Of a DNA stretch of 64,000 bases, positions 34,180 to 49,200 are shown in pieces (the stretch's first letter is position 1; each line of letters begins with the position of its first letter). Both the position numbers and the translations under genes were made by a program. Below the pieces are notes generated by a model. That model was not told the origin of the DNA, ran no database searches, and saw only the letters and a program-made list of their open reading frames with translations. The stretch comes from Psammoneis japonica (lineage: Eukaryota): the NCBI GenBank assembly GCA_008632985.1, contig QPGO01000042.1, forward strand, positions 434,001 to 498,000, read 5' to 3'.

Positions 34180-37100
34180 GCGGGAACTGTGCCACGCAAG
34201 CCAGCATGATTGTTTCTTTCTCTTTTTCTCCAGCAGGCATTTTCAACAAGAAGCATCTGTGTGCTCTGGTGTGGCGAGAAGAAGCAATTTCTTGAGACCA
34301 CAGTCGACACCAGCTGCACGTGGAACACAAGGGGTGTGCCCCCCAAGGCCTGCCAACCAGCAGCTCTTGAGTCTGTCCCCCTCTGCACGCAAGTGCCCAA
34401 AACACTCGCCTTTTTGCTTGGCCATCACAGCACTCCTCTCAGCCAGTCTTTTTGTTTGCAGCCAAGCCACAACAATGCAGTTCTTCATCATTCTTGTTGT
34501 GTCCACACAACCGTGCTGTGGCACCAATTGAGAAGGAGTGGCTCTGGCCAAAAGCAGGCCTCTGCCACCAACCAACTGCACTCAGCACTGTGGAGCCAGC
34601 TGTGTGCTGTTCAAAGCAGTGGCAGCTCTCTTGCAGAGTGGGGGGGAGATGATGCAAGGCCTGGCCTGTTGATCAGCTCTCAAGTCTGTCCACCTCCTGC
34701 AGACAGATCATGCCCAATGCTTGCTCTCTTCCTTGACCATCTCAGTGCTGCTTGAAGCAGCCATGACCCTTGTGGTTCTTGCAGCCAACGCAGTTGCTCC
34801 TTCTTGTTTTGTTGCACCAGCAACAATGACAAACAGGTGGCTGAAAGGACCCCAGCTGGTCCTCTGCTGACCAGCTCAATGGCTGGCAAACAAAGTCCAG
34901 ACTGCCTCAAGCCATGCTGGCAGGAAGTCTCTGCTGTGCACTTCATGCAACGCTTTTCCCCAAGCCCTGCCTGGCACTGGGTTGTGGCCAAAAAACATTT
35001 TTTGATCATGTGCTGCACAACAGCAACTTGCACTTCTGTGTGCCCTCTTGGACAACATTGCCTCACATGCTCTGTTTTCTGAGAAGGTGTCAAGCTCTCT
35101 GCACTGGCCATTCTCAGTGCTCAGTGACAGCTTCTGAGTTGGTTGTGTCTTGCAATGTCCAAGGAATTGTCAAGCATGGGTGCTCAAAAACAGCTGCATC
35201 AGATGCTTCACAGTTGGCTTTTCAGGCTGTGACAGGCCATGCTGTCCACAAGCTTGTGTCAAGAGGCAGCAGGAGCAAATCTTGCCACACTCAGCTGGCG
35301 CCAGATTGGCAAGTGCTGTTCAGCCTTGGATGCTTGGGATGATGCAGTTGAGTGATGAGGTTGTGCGCTGCAAGTCACACACAAATGATGCCATGAGGAG
35401 AGAGCACATTGAGAGGTTGCAGTCCATGGGGTGGTGTTTGTGTGAGTGGATTGCTTGAAACTGGTTGGACGTTGTGTCATTGCAGCTGCCACATGTTGCT
35501 GCTTAGTCTGCAGCAAAAGCACTGTGTCACACTGGTTGAGTTTGGGCACCTTGCTTGTGATTTGGTCATTTGCTGAAACACAAGAGAGTTTGTCATTGGA
35601 CAGGGAGAGAAAGAGAGAGAGAGAGTTGTTTGTTTGAGAGAGAGCTCATTCAAGAGAGTGCACTCTCAAGAGGAACAAAACTCTGCCCAGATGTGTTGCA
35701 CTTGTCAATTTTTGACATGTGCCAGTCAACATGCAGAGCTGGAATGGCAATGGCATTGGGTCTGTGTCACATTGAAGTTAGTCTGTGACATTCCTGTTGC
35801 ATCACAACTCTTTGTGTTAGATGCCCTGTGCTCTGCATTTTGCCAACCTGCCATGGCAGCCAAACTTTTCATGCAGCTGACCACACTGTTGTCACTTTTT
35901 ACTTCACAATCATCACTTTTGCTGTGCCCTTTTCAGAGGTGCATCACAAACAAATGTGCAGCTTGTCAAGCCTCATGTTTGGCATGCAAACACAAACCCA
36001 TGTGCAGGATTGTGTGCATGTGCCAACTCTGGTGTGTTGCACCACAAGGCAATCTCAAAGACCTGTCAAAACAGTGTGTGGCAACATGAGAAATGATGGT
36101 GACACAACAGCAGGCCATGATTTGAGACATGATCTTCCAGCTTGATGTTGGCTGCAGCATCATTTCTCCCATGTGCATCAGTGCCCCAAGATTGTTGCTT
36201 GTGTGTAAAACCAGCTTGTTCAGCTTTGGTCTTTGTTGTTTTGCTGTGGTTGCTGTTTGACCAGCTGGTTCAAGAGAAGTGTTGCTGCCACCAATGGTGC
36301 AGCCATGGTGTGGATTTCTTGCCAAGAGACCACTCAAAAGAGATCACTTTGATGAGCTGGCACAGCTCTCTCAGACAAAATGGTGTGAGCTTCTCTTTTT
36401 CATTTGCAGCTGACACATCCTCTGTTTTTGGCATGGTTTTGCACTCCTCAGCCCAGCAGCAAGTCAAGACTTGCAAGGCTCCAACTGCTTCACCAGCTCC
36501 AGCAGCGCAAATGCTTCAAAGCCACCACCAACTCCAGTGGCACATGGGCTCTGTTGGCCACTGCCAGCACTGGCAGAAAAGGCTCCAACTGCTGCCTCTT
36601 GCACCAGCAGCAAAGCTCTGACCACCACTGCTCTGCCAGCACAAAGGCACTCACTGCCACCTGCACCAGCAGCACAAAAGCTCTGGCTGATGCCAGCCAA
36701 CACCAGCAGCACACAAATGTTCCAAGTGCTGCCAGTGTGCTGGCAGCAAAAAAGCTCTCTCCAACTGCTGTGAGTGCCAGTGGCACAAAACCTCCAACTG
36801 CTGCCAGCACCATCAACAAAAGGGTTCTCCAACCACCACCAGCACCTGCAGCACAAAGGCTCCAATCACCACCAGCGCCAGTGGCACAAATCCTCCAACA
36901 AGCAAAAATGCCAGAGGGGACAAGAACTCTTGGGGGGAAACTGTGTGGCAGGGTCTGTCTGCACAATGGCTTCTGCTGGTGTGCTGGCAGCAGTGTGGTG
37001 ACAGATGAGTGCACAAAATGTGTGCAGGAACCATTGCCCTTGCAGGCATGCTCTTCCTCTGTGATTCTCTTCATGCGGCAGGGCCTGTGGTGCATGCCAG

Positions 37101-40100
37101 GGGTGACAACCAACTTGATTGACCCGCCCATGCTGCATGTCTGCTGCTGCCAAAAAATCACCAACTCTGGGGAGGAACCTGGAAAAGCAACCCTGGCACT
37201 CTCATCTGAACCTGGCACCACAGGTGCCCCATGTGTCACTGACTTGGCTCAAGTTCAAAATTTCCAACAACTTTGCCTGGTGGTTTTTGTCAACTTAAAA
37301 ATTTTGAGCAGAATTTTTTCAGAATTTTTTCAGAATTCCTCACTGCAAACTGCACATCATGGCAAATCATCTGATGGAGCGTGCAGAAGTTTGTTGCACA
37401 ATCTTGAGAACAGCCCTTGCAAAGTCAAATGTCCAAGTTTTTTGCAGTGCTTGCATTTTCACTTTGACCCAATGAATGAAATGACATGTTGGTGTTTGTT
37501 TGTGAAGGTCACAAAAATTGACCTCTGACTTTGTTCTCAATTTGTTTGGCCCATTGCCTGGGTGCCCATGATGACAAGACCACCACTTTGTGTCAATCAG
37601 CTGTCATTTGGTGAACATGGCAGTGATGAAAAAACAGAAGCTGAAGACACCATGCATTTGACAAAACAGAAAATGTTTTGTGTGCAACAACAAACAATTG
37701 AGAAAGATTTTGTCATGGTGAGACATGTTTGACACAATGCAGCAATGTCAACTTGTTGCTGGTGGCTGGCACAGGAGGATGGCCAAGGGGCAATGAGGCC
37801 TTGGAGACTGAACCACCAGCGCATGCCCAGAGTTGTCAGCAACATTTGACAAAGTTCATTGCACACTCTGTTGACATGCAGTGGCAACAAAGGTGCATGC
37901 TCCAAGAAAGAGATTTGGCACAAGCTGACTCAACAGTCTGCTGTTGTGTTTTTCCTGAAAGTGACAACAGTCTTTTGTTTGCATTGTTGTGTGCTTTGCC
38001 CCCACGACACCTGTGATCTGACATTCACCATCTGTGTGCGTCAAGTGACCTTGTGATGGTGCAAGCAGTTTTGACAGGAGGGTTGAGCTCCTGCATTTGA
38101 CAGATGTCCTTTGAGAGATTGACAAATGAGCTTCACATTCATTGCTTTTGGACTTGAAAAAAGGCCTGCCACACTGTTCCATGGGTTCAGACGCAATTTG
38201 AGCTGCAGGTTGGAGAGAAGCCAGCTCCCTGTTGTTGCCCTCAGCAATGCACACGGGTGTGCCATTCACAGCCTTCTCATGGAAACATCAACAAAAAGAA
38301 AGCTCCTGCCTTTGTCTTTGCTCAAGCATGCAGCAGCACAGCATGAGCAAGCTGAGCAGCACTGCCACAGCACTGTTTTGACAGCATTGCTCCTTGGGAG
38401 AAGATTGCTCATTTTCATTTGTCATTCTCAGGTCTTCAGCCACAAGCACATCTCTCACTCTTGAGAAGAAAAAACTGGGCTCTTGCAGCAGCTGCTGGCT
38501 GCCATGCACCTGCTCTTGCAGTGCAAAGGATTCCCAAGTCATGTTTGCAATGGATTAGATCATGGTGCAGTGTGGTGCACAATTGGTGGAACAGCTCACA
38601 ATGGGCAAAGTGCAGTGAGGAACAGAGTTTGGCACACATGCATGCCAGAACAATGTCGTGCACCCCCATTGCTTTCAAGCCAGCTCACACTGGTCAGCAT
38701 CACACACAATGACCCATCTTTCCTGCCACAGTCATTTCCAACAGAGCAAAATCAAGAGGTGTGGGGCTTGCTCCACTCTTCTCCATTTTGTGGCACCTCT
38801 TGCATCTCTTCCATTTTCAACCACCTGACTGCAATGCAATCCAGTCATCATTGGGGCCAAGAACCGCTGCTTTCCTCCAATCCATTTTCTTGATTTTAAG
38901 GAGGAAAAACAGTGGGAGAGCACAATTGGGGATGTGGCACTTTGGGCTGGAGCTCCTTCAAGCATTCCTGCAGCTGGTGCACAAACCCAATGGTTGAAAG
39001 CTGTGGTGCTGGTCACAACTGGCTCTTGACTCAAGCTGGCAGGCAGCAGGCAAAAGTGTGGAAGATGTTGGTGATGAAAGAAGTGGCTGAAAAACTGTGT
39101 TCTGCAGAGAGTGTGGCACGAGCAGAAGTTGGGAATGGCACCTTTTCAGCAAAGGTTTTACAGAGAATGGCAGATGTTTTGCAACTGCGCATGCAAGACA
39201 TGGTGGCAAAACATGCCACCATTGATGGTGGTGCTGTGGAAGAGGAGACAAGCACACATCCAGTTTGATGAAAGGTTGGCAGTTGGAGGGTGATGCTCAC
39301 AACTGGAGCAATGTGGTGCATGTTTGCAATGTCAAGCTGCAGGCACATTGATTGAATGGCTGCAAGAAAAGTGTCTGGGATGTTTGTCCAGCAGACAAGG
39401 AAGAATCTTGCTGCAGCTGTGGCAACCACATGCAACTGCTTGTTTTGTCACAGTGCAAAGCTGCTTGTTGTTGTCTCAAGGAAGGCTGCAGCAGTTGCAC
39501 TGAGAGCAAACACCTCCAGTCTGACTGTGGCATTGGGAGTGTGCAAAGTCTGCCAGAGAGCTGCTGTGGATTCCCAAGTTGTGCAATGCAGATGTGCCAC
39601 ATCATGTGTGCAGGATGGATGCAAGCCTTCTGCTGCTGCAGGGTCAAGAAGGAAATTTTCAACTGCAGCAGCCTGGCCAGAAAATTTCAGAGATGGTGAC
39701 AACAGAGCCAATGATGGCCACCAGCATGGCAAAAACTGTGGCACAAACTGGCAATGCTGCCATGACAAGAATGATCTGCTTGAAAATGAAAAAAAAAATG
39801 GAGAGCAGTTTCTTGGCTGTTGGGAGTGGCTTTCAGCTCATCAAACAAGGCTGTCATGACAAAGCAGAGCTTGGTGACCTTTGCAGCCAAGTTGGCCACT
39901 CTGCATCATCAAGTCAAGCAACAGCCCCTTGTGCAGAACAAATGTTGTTTTTGATTGTGCTTTTCTGTCAACACAGGTGCTGGTCCCAACCCCAAAGCAA
40001 TTGCTGTGGACAACAACAGCTTGTGTGTGGCTTTCCAAAAAAAGCACCAAGAGACAAAAGCAGCTGAAAGAAAGCAAAGTGACTGACAATGTTGTTTTTG

Positions 40101-42940
40101 AACTCATGGACAAACACTGTCATTGAGCAGAGAGGAAACAAACCACAAATGCAGGGTGGATGAAGGCTCAGAACTGCAGCTCATTGAGTGCAAGATTCAC
40201 TGGTTTCCTGGTCATCTTCAACGAGTGCAGCAGGTGTCTGGCTTTGCAAAGATTCAAGTTGCTTGGAGTGAGGATGCAAAGAATTTTTTGCTGAGAGTCA
40301 TGGCAACCAACTGCCATCTTCTTGCTGTCCATGATTGTCAAGCAGCCAATGCTTTCAAAAACATTTGGGGCTGCCTGTCAGCTCCTGCCACCTCAAATGA
40401 CATTGTGTGTCAATGGGATGAAGCAGCTCAACATTTCTTTTGTGCAGCACCAGCCAAATTGTGCCAAACACATGAATGCCATCATTGCATGTTTTGTTTG
40501 ACAACAGCTCCTGAAACTGCTTGCAAATCTTCTTGAGGAGCAGACACACTTGTTGCTCTCCATTCCTTGCTCTTTCTTCAACATCAACTTGGGAAACAAG
40601 AAGTGGTGCTCTGCAAAGCTCGCCCATTGTTTTCTTCTCAAGGAGAGCAAGAGAGAGCAAGAGAGAGCTGCAGCAAGAGCCAAGAGAAAAGCAGCATGTT
40701 GTGCCATCCCTCTTGACTTTGGAAAAGCCAGAAAGTTGCCCACCTTTTACTCTGTCAGTGAAATCATGCCATTTGACTGTGCCCAAAACAACCACAAAAA
40801 TTGCACCAACACAGAAACCAACCTGACATGGCCAAACACTTTTCAAGCCACCTTTGCTCAACATTGCAAAATGATGCTGCTGGGTCATGTGCACAGAAGC
40901 AACCAAAGTTGACTCAGCTGCTGCCACAAAGAAAAACAAAAGTGCAACAGCTTGCTCATCTGCCCCAAGTGCTTCTCTTGCAGCTCTTCTTGTTTTTGGC
41001 ACATGGTCTTTGCCGTGACCAAGCCACTCCAAGCTGCTTTGCAAACAGCGCACCTCAGAAACTGTGCCACACAAACAAGCTTTGGAGTGGTGTGGAGTCC
41101 CCCCTGGGTGCCTGCTCAAAAGTCTTCTTTGAACCTGTGTCTCTGGAACTTCAGAAGGCCATGTGCCAAAGAAAGATGCTTCAGCAACAACAAAGGCTTG
41201 CAACTGCAAAATTAAAGTGCAAAATCTAGCTCTCAGATGACAACTCCATTCCCTGTGGAACAAGGAAAGGATTCAAAGCTCTGGCCCATTGTGAGCCTTT
41301 TGCCTTGCCCCCCTTTCCCCCAACCTGCCAAAAATGGGTTGAAGCACTCAAGTCTTCCTGTTGCCAGGGAGCAGAGCAACAATCAAGTCCCTTGGCTCCA
41401 CCCAGCTGCTGCTTGCAAACATCAAAAAAAGCCTTCTGTGCTCAGATGGCTTGTCAAACAAAACTTGGCACATGCTCCTCATCTGTCTGACACTGGAGAT
41501 GCAACATGACTGCACACCTTCCTGCCCCTGCTCTTGTCACAACAACATTTTTTCCACCAGAGCACTCAGCAGATGCAGCCTCACAACATTGCAGAGCCTG
41601 ACAATTCTGCCATTCTCAGAAGCCGAGGCTGGATGTTCTCTGCCATGTTCTGTTCTTGTTGTTGACCCTTTTGCTCTTGCTGATGACAAGCAGTGCTTTT
41701 GTCAATGACCCACCTGTGTGTTGCACATTTGCAAACAAGACAGCAAGGCCAGCTCCCCACCTTGATGTCTTTAAAGGCTGCAATGATGTCCACTCAGATG
41801 TCTGAGCCTGTTTTTTCTTCTTGTCTTTGTCCTTCCCCCCACATCTGCTTGCATTGCATGGTGCTTGCTGCACTGCACACACCACATGCTCTTTTGCATT
41901 TTCCACACTGCAAAATGGCCAGATGTTGTCTGCACATTCCAGCATTGCTCGGTGTTTGAGGCATCCAGCTTTTCAATTTTATCCTCTTGCGCCAGATGGC
42001 CAGCCTTCTTGGCCCCTTCAGCTTGACTCCACCTGCATTTCTTCTTCAGTGCCACTGCCTCAGCAACTTTGCACTTTCCTCAACATTTCTTCTCACAATG
42101 GCAGCTCTGGCATCACACCACCCGCCAAAAGAGCTGGCACAAATGCACCATTGCACCCCAGACTTTTCCAAAGCACACACAGCTCCTGCTGTTGTTCCCC
42201 AAGACCATGCAAAACCACCTGCCAATGTCTCACCTGAATTGTTGCCAAAGAAAAGAAAGGAAATGTGGGTTGCACACTCCTTGTCATGCTTGAGTTCACC
42301 AAGAAATGCAAAACAATGGAGCTGGGCCACCGTCGTCACCGCCGTTTCCATTTCACTGCCACTGCTGCTGCCATCATGGCTCATGATGACAGCCATGTGC
42401 ACATGAAACAACTGCAAAGAAAACCTCAGTCTTCCTGGCAATGGCATGCTGTTTGTCAATCTGGAGCAACATCAGCCACTGGGTTTGAACCCAGCAGAAG
42501 AGCTTCTCTCTTTTTCCTGTCGAGAGAAAACAACAAAAATGGCAAGTTTTGTTCTGGCAGCCACAACCACCAGCCTCACAGTTGCATCATTTGCAAGTGA
42601 GCTTCTATCCACCAGCCAATGTCACTGGACATTTCAATCAAACACTTTTTCCCACCTCCACAGCACATGTGAGGCGGGCCAGCTGATGATGTCCTCAAGG
42701 ACACCGGCGAGCACCGATGTGGTGCCCCCCCCCCCCCAATGTCATGCACGGCACATGGAATTCAGTTGAAGATGATCTGTGTGCACCAATGAGTGGCACT
42801 GCAGCAATTTTTGACACATTCGAAAAAATCATGCTGTGTGTCACATGTTGCGCCGCATGGTTGGGGAGAAGTGAGAAGTGGTTTGATGCAATGCAGCCAA
42901 GCACAGTGCAACAAGACTGTGGCACAGAAAGTGGCACCGT
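34180..42940. other. 8.7-kb degenerate block almost devoid of TA and strongly depleted of CG
   Basis: Only about 15 TA seen by eye; saturated with TG/CA; no recognisable intact gene. Confidence 0.85.
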
Positions 42941-43365
42941 AGCTGCAAGAGTGCGCTGATTTTGCAGCTTATCGCCATTCTTCAAATGTGGGGTTGCCGC
43001 TTTGGTTGCCGGTGGGGTGTCGAATAAGAAGGAACTGTACATGTGGCCAGGCATTCGCAAAGGGAAATAGAGGAGGAACATCGTCGTCGCACACGCGCCC
43101 GACAGACGCACTGACAAAGGTGATTAGATTTTGCGCGCGACTTTTTTCGGAATTTCAACCATAAACTATATCAATGTATAATATAGTGGAATATTCATGG
43201 ATTCATTCAACGCGAATCTGATGAAATCGTGACTCGGACGGAACCTACACCATGGCCTCGATCACGCCGTTCGAACCAGAACCAGGTACGAACGCATCGA
43301 CAATGGAGCAGGTTTGTGTCCTTATTGCTACTGTTTCGATTCCAAGACAATAGCGTTTCGAGTCT

Positions 43366-46153
43366 TTGGTAGACGAAACAATCATGTCGGAGAGTCCGAC
43401 TGCCAGCACGGTGAAACCTGCTGCCGTGTCGGTTTCGTCGCCGCCCTTGGTTCTAATTGAAGTTACTCCTCTATCCATGCAATCTGAAACCGCTTTCAAC
43501 ACGAACTATAATGACGAGGAACCACCGAGTTTATCAGCGCCATTCGTCAAGTTGCGATTGCTGCAACGGAGCCTAAACTCGGTGTTTCAAACGTCAGACG
43601 ACGAACAAATGAGAATAGAGTGGTTACCAACCCGTGACGAAGGGGGGGAGTCCAAACTTTTCCGTGGTGACATTTATTGTTCTGATATTGCTTCGGAGTG
43701 CCGCCGACGATGGGCGTTGCTTGAAGGGTCTCGTCGTTTGGTGCCTTTGTTCTACCTGGAAAGTGACGATCCTACGCAACTCAGATGTCCGTGCTGGGTC
43801 GTTGGATATAGGGGTTCGACGGATACCGGCGATTTCTGTATTACGGAAAGCACTCTTGTGCGCATATCTACACCCGTGGGTGCTGTTGCTTTGGAGCGCC
43901 CTGCTTTAAGCGTTTCCTCAACGACTAGAGGTCTGCGGACACTCTTGCCCATGACAGATTTGTTATCAGGAACAGTCAATGTTGCTGATTCGGCATCTGA
44001 TTGTAACAGCGATGCCGAAAAAGAAGTAATTCAAAACCATGATTCTGAAACAGTAGAAGCACTGAAATTGCGAATGGGCTTGTTATTGTCCCAGAAAGTC
44101 ACCGTTGGAACGACAGCCGACGCGATTCCTCGAGCTGAGCGCAAGATGCGGCAGAGGGGACAGATGCTGCGATTTCTTCAGTCCCACAAGCCGAGACACC
44201 CCGCAGAACCTGCCAATGTGCTTCCGCCCAATGATGCAATTAAATATCGAAACAGAAGACGTCAATCTTTGGCATGGGAAGGCGCATTGACAGTGCATAA
44301 TCCCGCACCGGGCTCAGGGAAAACCTTGTTGGTAAAGACCATTGCTCGTCGATACCTGCAGTGTACTGCGATTCATCTGATTCAACCGGGATCGCTGTTA
44401 GCCAAATATGGTATTCACGCTGACGCTGGCCTGGAATCATTAATTCATGAAATTGCAGTCAATGCCTCCATCAAGGACGGAGAGAAGGCCTCGGTATGTG
44501 TGATTCTTGATCAGCTCGACGCTCTATTGCCACCGGCAGTTTCAGCTGCAAGTAACCGCGGAGACGCTGCTGTTCCTGTACTGAATGCAATTGGTGAGAG
44601 ATGATGTAATGGATTTGTGTTGTTTTGACTGTGATTAAGTAATCGTCGTGACGCGATGCGGAGGATCCCTTCTACTAACCTAACCTACCCGAACGTTTTC
44701 AGCTTCTTACCTAAAGCGCCTTTCACTGTCACTAAAATCCAAGAAAGAGATTCCATTCCCGACCAAGAACCGCAACTACAATGTTTGTAGTGTGCAGGGA
44801 GCAGCATTGAAGCTGAGGCTGTGTATCGTTGGTGTCGTCACATGCCCCGATGATGGCTCTTCCAGACGGGAATCCGATAGTCCTAGAAACGTAAAGACCA
44901 CGGTACTCGATGCGTTAGTTGGTGGGCAGTATCGTCTTCCACACCCCTCGTCAAGGACACGGGTCCTGGCATTCGGACGAGCCTTCGAGAATGCCGGGGT
45001 CCAGCTAAGTCTAGAAGCGAGAAATCGTCTCCCAGTGATTGCTGCTTCCGCAGTGTCAGCAAGAGGCAACGCATTTCAAAAGTCTGCTCAGTTGCTAAGA
45101 TTCACAGTCAAAAAGCGACTCGAGAGTGAAGGGGGGTCACAACAAGGCATTGCTTCTCTCCGGGAGCTCGAATTCGCTATTTCTGCGACGCAGAACAGTC
45201 CGTCGTTGTGGGCAAGCTCTGCGAGTGTCTCTTTCCTGTCCAGTTCTCCATCGGAACCTCGTACTGCGGCTGGAAGGGTGGAGACGGACCTGTTCTCGAT
45301 GGTAGGTGGGAACGTTAAGGCAAAGGAGGCCCTCGAAGATTCTCTGGCGTTAGACCCAGTTAGACGACGGCAGCTGTCGAGTCTTGGCTTCTCGGCTCCT
45401 ACTGGGGTTCTGCTCTATGGCCCGCCAGGGACAGGCAAGACACTCCTGGCAAAAGCAGTTGCCAACTTGCTCAAGTCTCATGGTGGCTCCGATCAAACTA
45501 TAGGCGGCGCCTTTGTTTCCTTGCGCGCGAGCGACATCGTTCGTGCAGAAGTCGGAAATAGCGAGAAGCTGATCGTGTCTGCATTCAGGATAGCCCGGAG
45601 TAACGCCTCGTCTGTCATATTCATCGATGAGTTCCAGGCTTTATTTTCAGAGCGTGGAGGGTGCGGTAGTGGAAGATTGACCAGTACACTACTTCAATGC
45701 ATGGACGACGTGACACATTGGAGAGATGCCGACACACAGGCGGATGAATTTGGAACGATTCAGATTGTAGTCCTAGGAGCAACAAACACACCTTGGATGA
45801 TCGACAAGGCCTTTTTACGGCCCGGACGATTCGACTCGGTTGTGCATGTTGGACTGCCAAATTTTTCAGAACGAGTATCGATTCTCTTGCTTCTTGTAAA
45901 AAGGATGCGGGTTTTGAAAGTCGACAACGATTCGCATGTCGAAGCCCTTTGCAAAAACGTCGCTAACATCACTGATGGGTTTAGTGGAGCAGATCTTGTG
46001 GCTTTGTGCCGAGCTGCGGTGGTTCGTTGCCTTGACGAACAGGGCGAGGGAGGTTTTGTTGCCGAGAAGCATTTTCTTGAGGCGAGAAATTCCGACGTTT
46101 CATGCAGTAGTAGCAATGAGCTGGTGCAGCGAATATCAAACTGGCAGCCTTGA
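43366..46153 (+). CDS. Two-domain AAA+ ATPase (CDC48/AFG2/PEX1-PEX6 type); 5' end uncertain (possibly ATG 43252)
   Basis: D1 PGSGKTLLVK..VILDQLD; D2 GVLLYGPPGTGKTLLAKA, IFIDEFQ, LGATNTPWMIDKAFLRPGRFD, GFSGADL; intron ~44594-44703. Confidence 0.85.
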
Positions 46154-46216
46154 TAAGTTTGGCGCAAGTGAGAGCTTTATCGATTACCTAAATATTTCTT
46201 TAATCCTTGCAGATCG

Positions 46217-49200
46217 CTACATCTTCAAGATGCACCAGGAATTACTTACATCGACAGCTGCCTGCCGCAAAAGAGCAGACGACCGGTCTAACCCTTCCGA
46301 CAAAAAAGATATCACCATTGGCTTGAACGCCATCAAACTTCTTCTTGCAAGTTGCAATGTTGTCAAATTTAATAGGCATTGTAATACCAATAACTTAAGC
46401 GGGACATCCTCGTCGTCATTTTCATCATAAAGAACCAACAAGCTTGCAATTATGTCAGAGACGCGCTTGGATACCTGTAGTCACGATGGCAAGGACACGT
46501 TAGGAAAGCTCGGCACCAAAGATAATACAGAAGAAAGACAAAGAGTTTACCATTTCCGGTGCCACGGATACCAACTTAATCGTAGTCGCTAGCGTCAGCA
46601 TCATAATCGATTGCACCTCTCCCTTTGTTGTGTTCGACTTCTTATCTGTTGGCCTACGTGTCTTCTGATTACCACATTCGGCTAAACCCGACACAACAAT
46701 ATCGACCAGTTCGCCCATATTAGTCTTTCCGATTGTTGATCTCTCACTTGAACAAATGATGTGGCAGGCAATGACCAGTGGTCCAAGAGGCACCTGTTCC
46801 GATGACGACTTAGTCTCATCGCAGGCTTTCACAACAGATTTGATGGCTAGATACGACAAACGCTGCCTCCAGAAAGGACCCCCGTTTTCCACCGAAAGCA
46901 TCGATCCGAAAGCCGATGCTGAAGCAAGATAAAGTGGCGCTGGCCACTCCCCCCACCCCTGATTCTCACCGCCGACCATGGACGGAATGTCCATATTCAC
47001 CGGAGCGTTGGCTTTCCCTGTACAGGACAGCTGTATCAAGAACTGAGCAATCTCATCAGCAACTTTCGAGGAAGATGTTCCACCACTGCATGCAGCAGCG
47101 GATCCCTGTCGAGCAAACATAGTGTGAGTCGCGGGAGACCGACGCGTTACCGGTGCATTCGTTTTCTCCGATGACATTCTTACCAGAAGAGCTGACAAAT
47201 TCAAAGCATCCTTGAACAAGACAAGACTTGCCCGCTGCAGCGATGAGTTTGGACTGCGCATTTCATCCGCTACGGTGACGATTGCTGGTAGAACAACTTC
47301 TTTCATTCCAACGTATGAGAGCGAAGCTGAGTGAAGTTCAGTGATAATTGAGTGCAGACAAGAACCCGCCGCAGACCGAGCACGTCCATCATAAGCGGAG
47401 CTCAGAGCGTACTCAGTGAGAGGTGGCACCATGGACTTCAAGACGCGGCCCAAGTCAGACTCTACATCTGAAGCACCACATGACACATGTGTTCCAGAAC
47501 GTAGCGCAGCCGCCAACATCGGAAGACCAATGAATACCTTTAGGTTCTCTCCTTCAGAAATCGGAGGCAGCACCTTGGAGACTTCATTGGCTAACTTTTT
47601 CATCTGCATTTCAGGTATCGGCTTTTCGTAGGCTGGCAAAATGCATGAGACAATATCGAAAGCCTGGTGAAACTATGGGTAGAGTCAGCATTTTCCATGA
47701 GTTGTATCAGCAAATAAAACAAAGAGGCCAAAACAACATTGATCATCGCAAAAGTACACCTACCGCGCTTTCGATCGCTTCTTGTTTCTCAGATGCCACT
47801 GGTAGCTCGAGCATACTCACTCTTACACTGGATAGAAGTGTATCTCTTAGATTTTCTCCTCCTTTCTTTTCAGGCCCCGCATCGTTCTCCAGTTGTAGGC
47901 AAAAAGCATTTATGATATCGATTTGGGTGACATCAGGTGGCGACAGCTCATGAAACGCAGTAATCGTAGAGGGACCGCCTTTTCGCATAACACAGGATAA
48001 AGCAAATGCAGAAACCTCCGGGTCAATATGGCTTGTATGCACGAGTGAGTCACGAAGAGCCTTTGTCAATTTACTGATCACTGTCTTGGATACGTCACTG
48101 TTCATCCTACATGCAAACGCGAGAGCAATCCATTGCAGGTTTTCATCTGCCGATTTTGAATTAGAAGTCGTCAACGACATCAATTTCGGGAAAACTTGAT
48201 CTTGGACGAAACGTCTTATCGAGTCTTTGTTTAGAACATTTCTGGTCTGCGGGTCAGAGACAACGTTAGTTGTACGCATTGATACGCCGACAACAGAGCC
48301 AAGGGTTCTAGCACAAGCAGTGCTATAGCCACTTTTTGAATCGGTTGTTGGAACGTCACTGGCAACGATACAACTACTGTCTTGGCCCGCCATTAATTTT
48401 TCAGTCATAGCTTCAATTAAGCTACAGATCCGCCCACTATCTTCTTCTTCGACAACATCGGCAGGGACTGCCAGTAGGAAAGACTCTAGCGCACACACTG
48501 CCGATACCCGTGCCTCTTCACCCACAACGACGATATCCGGGTTGTCATAATCTACCTCCTCGTCCGCAACTCCAAGAATGTCACTAAGTGCATAGAGTGT
48601 TTTTGAAGCGTAATTGTCAAGCGGATGTGGGTGCATAAAGATTCCATCAGCATTTCTTTCTTGTGAAACTCTGTAGGCACTAAACAGGGCCCCAATTCCG
48701 TAGGCGGCAGCGGCGATTTTTTCGTCGTCATACACGTCGCCTGAGAGTGCCTCTAGGAGTGGACCAAGACTGGAGTTCAAGCAAAGGGCCAACGATCTCT
48801 TGCCTCCACTAGCAGCTATACATGCCAGGTACGCGACAGCGGTGCGCCCTTCAATACTTTGGGGAGACGTCGAAAGAATTGGAGACAGTTTCTGGACAGT
48901 ATCTTTAACGAAAGTGTCCCACAGCGTCTTTTGTCTTTCGCTCGCCACGTCCAACTGATAAGCCACCTTCGAAACCAAGTTTCGACACTCATCTGCAAGT
49001 GCCTTGTTTCGCTTTCCCTCTTCTCCGCTGGATGATGCACCCGACGACGCGTTGGCATGCACAACAACTAGAGCTGTGGAAAGCTCTCTCATTATGTCTT
49101 GGTGCAGAGCGCCACAGTTACTTGGACTGCCTGCAGGGAACAATAGACACGACAAGTCTTCAATGGCTTCTTTGTTGTCAACCGCAGAACTTGACATACC

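Noticed and set aside
34180..42940. Dozens of Cys/His/Gln-rich ORFs in all six frames (also at 2.6-6.6 kb and 21-25 kb)
   Set aside because: Loss of TA removes TAA/TAG stops and Tyr codons, so spurious ORFs appear everywhere; none shows a recognisable domain.
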